Shown here one piece after another: positions 25,561 to 25,950 of a DNA stretch of 25,950 bases. The position numbers and the translations under genes were made by a program. Position 1 is the stretch's first letter, and the number at the start of each line of letters is the position of its first letter. Source of the DNA: a virus (Duplodnaviria; Caudoviricetes); the IMG/VR virus record IMGVR_UViG_3300033076_000748, positions 1 through 25,950 of that record; one strand, given 5' to 3'. The notes under the pieces are model-generated. The model did not search any database. It saw only the letters and a list, made by a program, of their open reading frames with translations, and was not told the DNA's origin.

Positions 25561-25950
25561 ATGCACCTAATGATCGACTTAGAAGGGCTAGCAACTGGCC
25601 CGGACGCTACCATTCTTACTATCGCCGCTCAAGCCTTTGACCCTTTTGGGCAAGGGTATTATGAGCAATGTTACTATGCCCGAGTCACATTAGAAAGCCA
25701 AGAAAATCGCATGATTGATGACGGCACCATTGAGTGGTGGGCCACACAACCTGCGGTTGTTCGGGATGAAGCGTTCAACGAAGAAGGACGTATCCCACTA
25801 GATCAAGCACTGGATGAGCTAGGCAAGCTAATTTGGCACTCTAAGCTAATTTGGGCACAAGGCCCTACATACGATATGAACATCTTAGAGCATGCTTACA
25901 AAAGCTATCGCAAACCCCTGCCCTGGAAATACTACATGGTGCGAGATAGT
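25561..25950 (+). CDS. DEDD-family 3'-5' exonuclease (Rv2179c/RNase AS- or DexA-like), partial
   Basis: Manual translation MHLMIDLEGLATGPDATILTIAA...TIEWWATQ...IWAQGPTYDMNILEHAY...PWKYYMVRDS, showing ExoI DLE and ExoII D motifs. Open to the window end. Confidence 0.85.
   Translation, partial: MHLMIDLEGLATGPDATILTIAAQAFDPFGQGYYEQCYYARVTLESQENRMIDDGTIEWWATQPAVVRDEAFNEEGRIPLDQALDELGKLIWHSKLIWAQGPTYDMNILEHAYKSYRKPLPWKYYMVRDS

Noticed and set aside
257-25950. Genome-wide TAG-to-Gln recoding (code 15)
   Set aside because: All long genes are intact under code 11 with dense packing; the only in-frame TAG candidate is at 10-12.

Overview
This is a segment of a large tailed phage with a T4-like late transcription programme, covering a virion-structure region. 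On the + strand is a cluster of fibre/baseplate-type genes (3011-20158), several built from Gly/Asn/Thr-rich repeats. Neck and tail-completion genes (gp13-, gp14- and gp15-like), two glycosyltransferase-fold genes, a Nudix hydrolase and a partial DEDD exonuclease surround it. Most notable: (1) a tRNA whose best fold has a CUA (amber) anticodon lies about 140 nt upstream of a well-formed gene start with an in-frame TAG at codon 5; (2) three RBS-sequestering hairpins each carry a late-promoter-like TAAATA/TAATTA box in the loop; (3) a ~95-nt multi-hairpin/pseudoknot leader abuts a Shine-Dalgarno; (4) late-expressed glycosyltransferase-like genes sit beside fibres dense in N-x-S/T, suggesting virion glycosylation. 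All product calls come from motif recognition by eye; no database searches were run.
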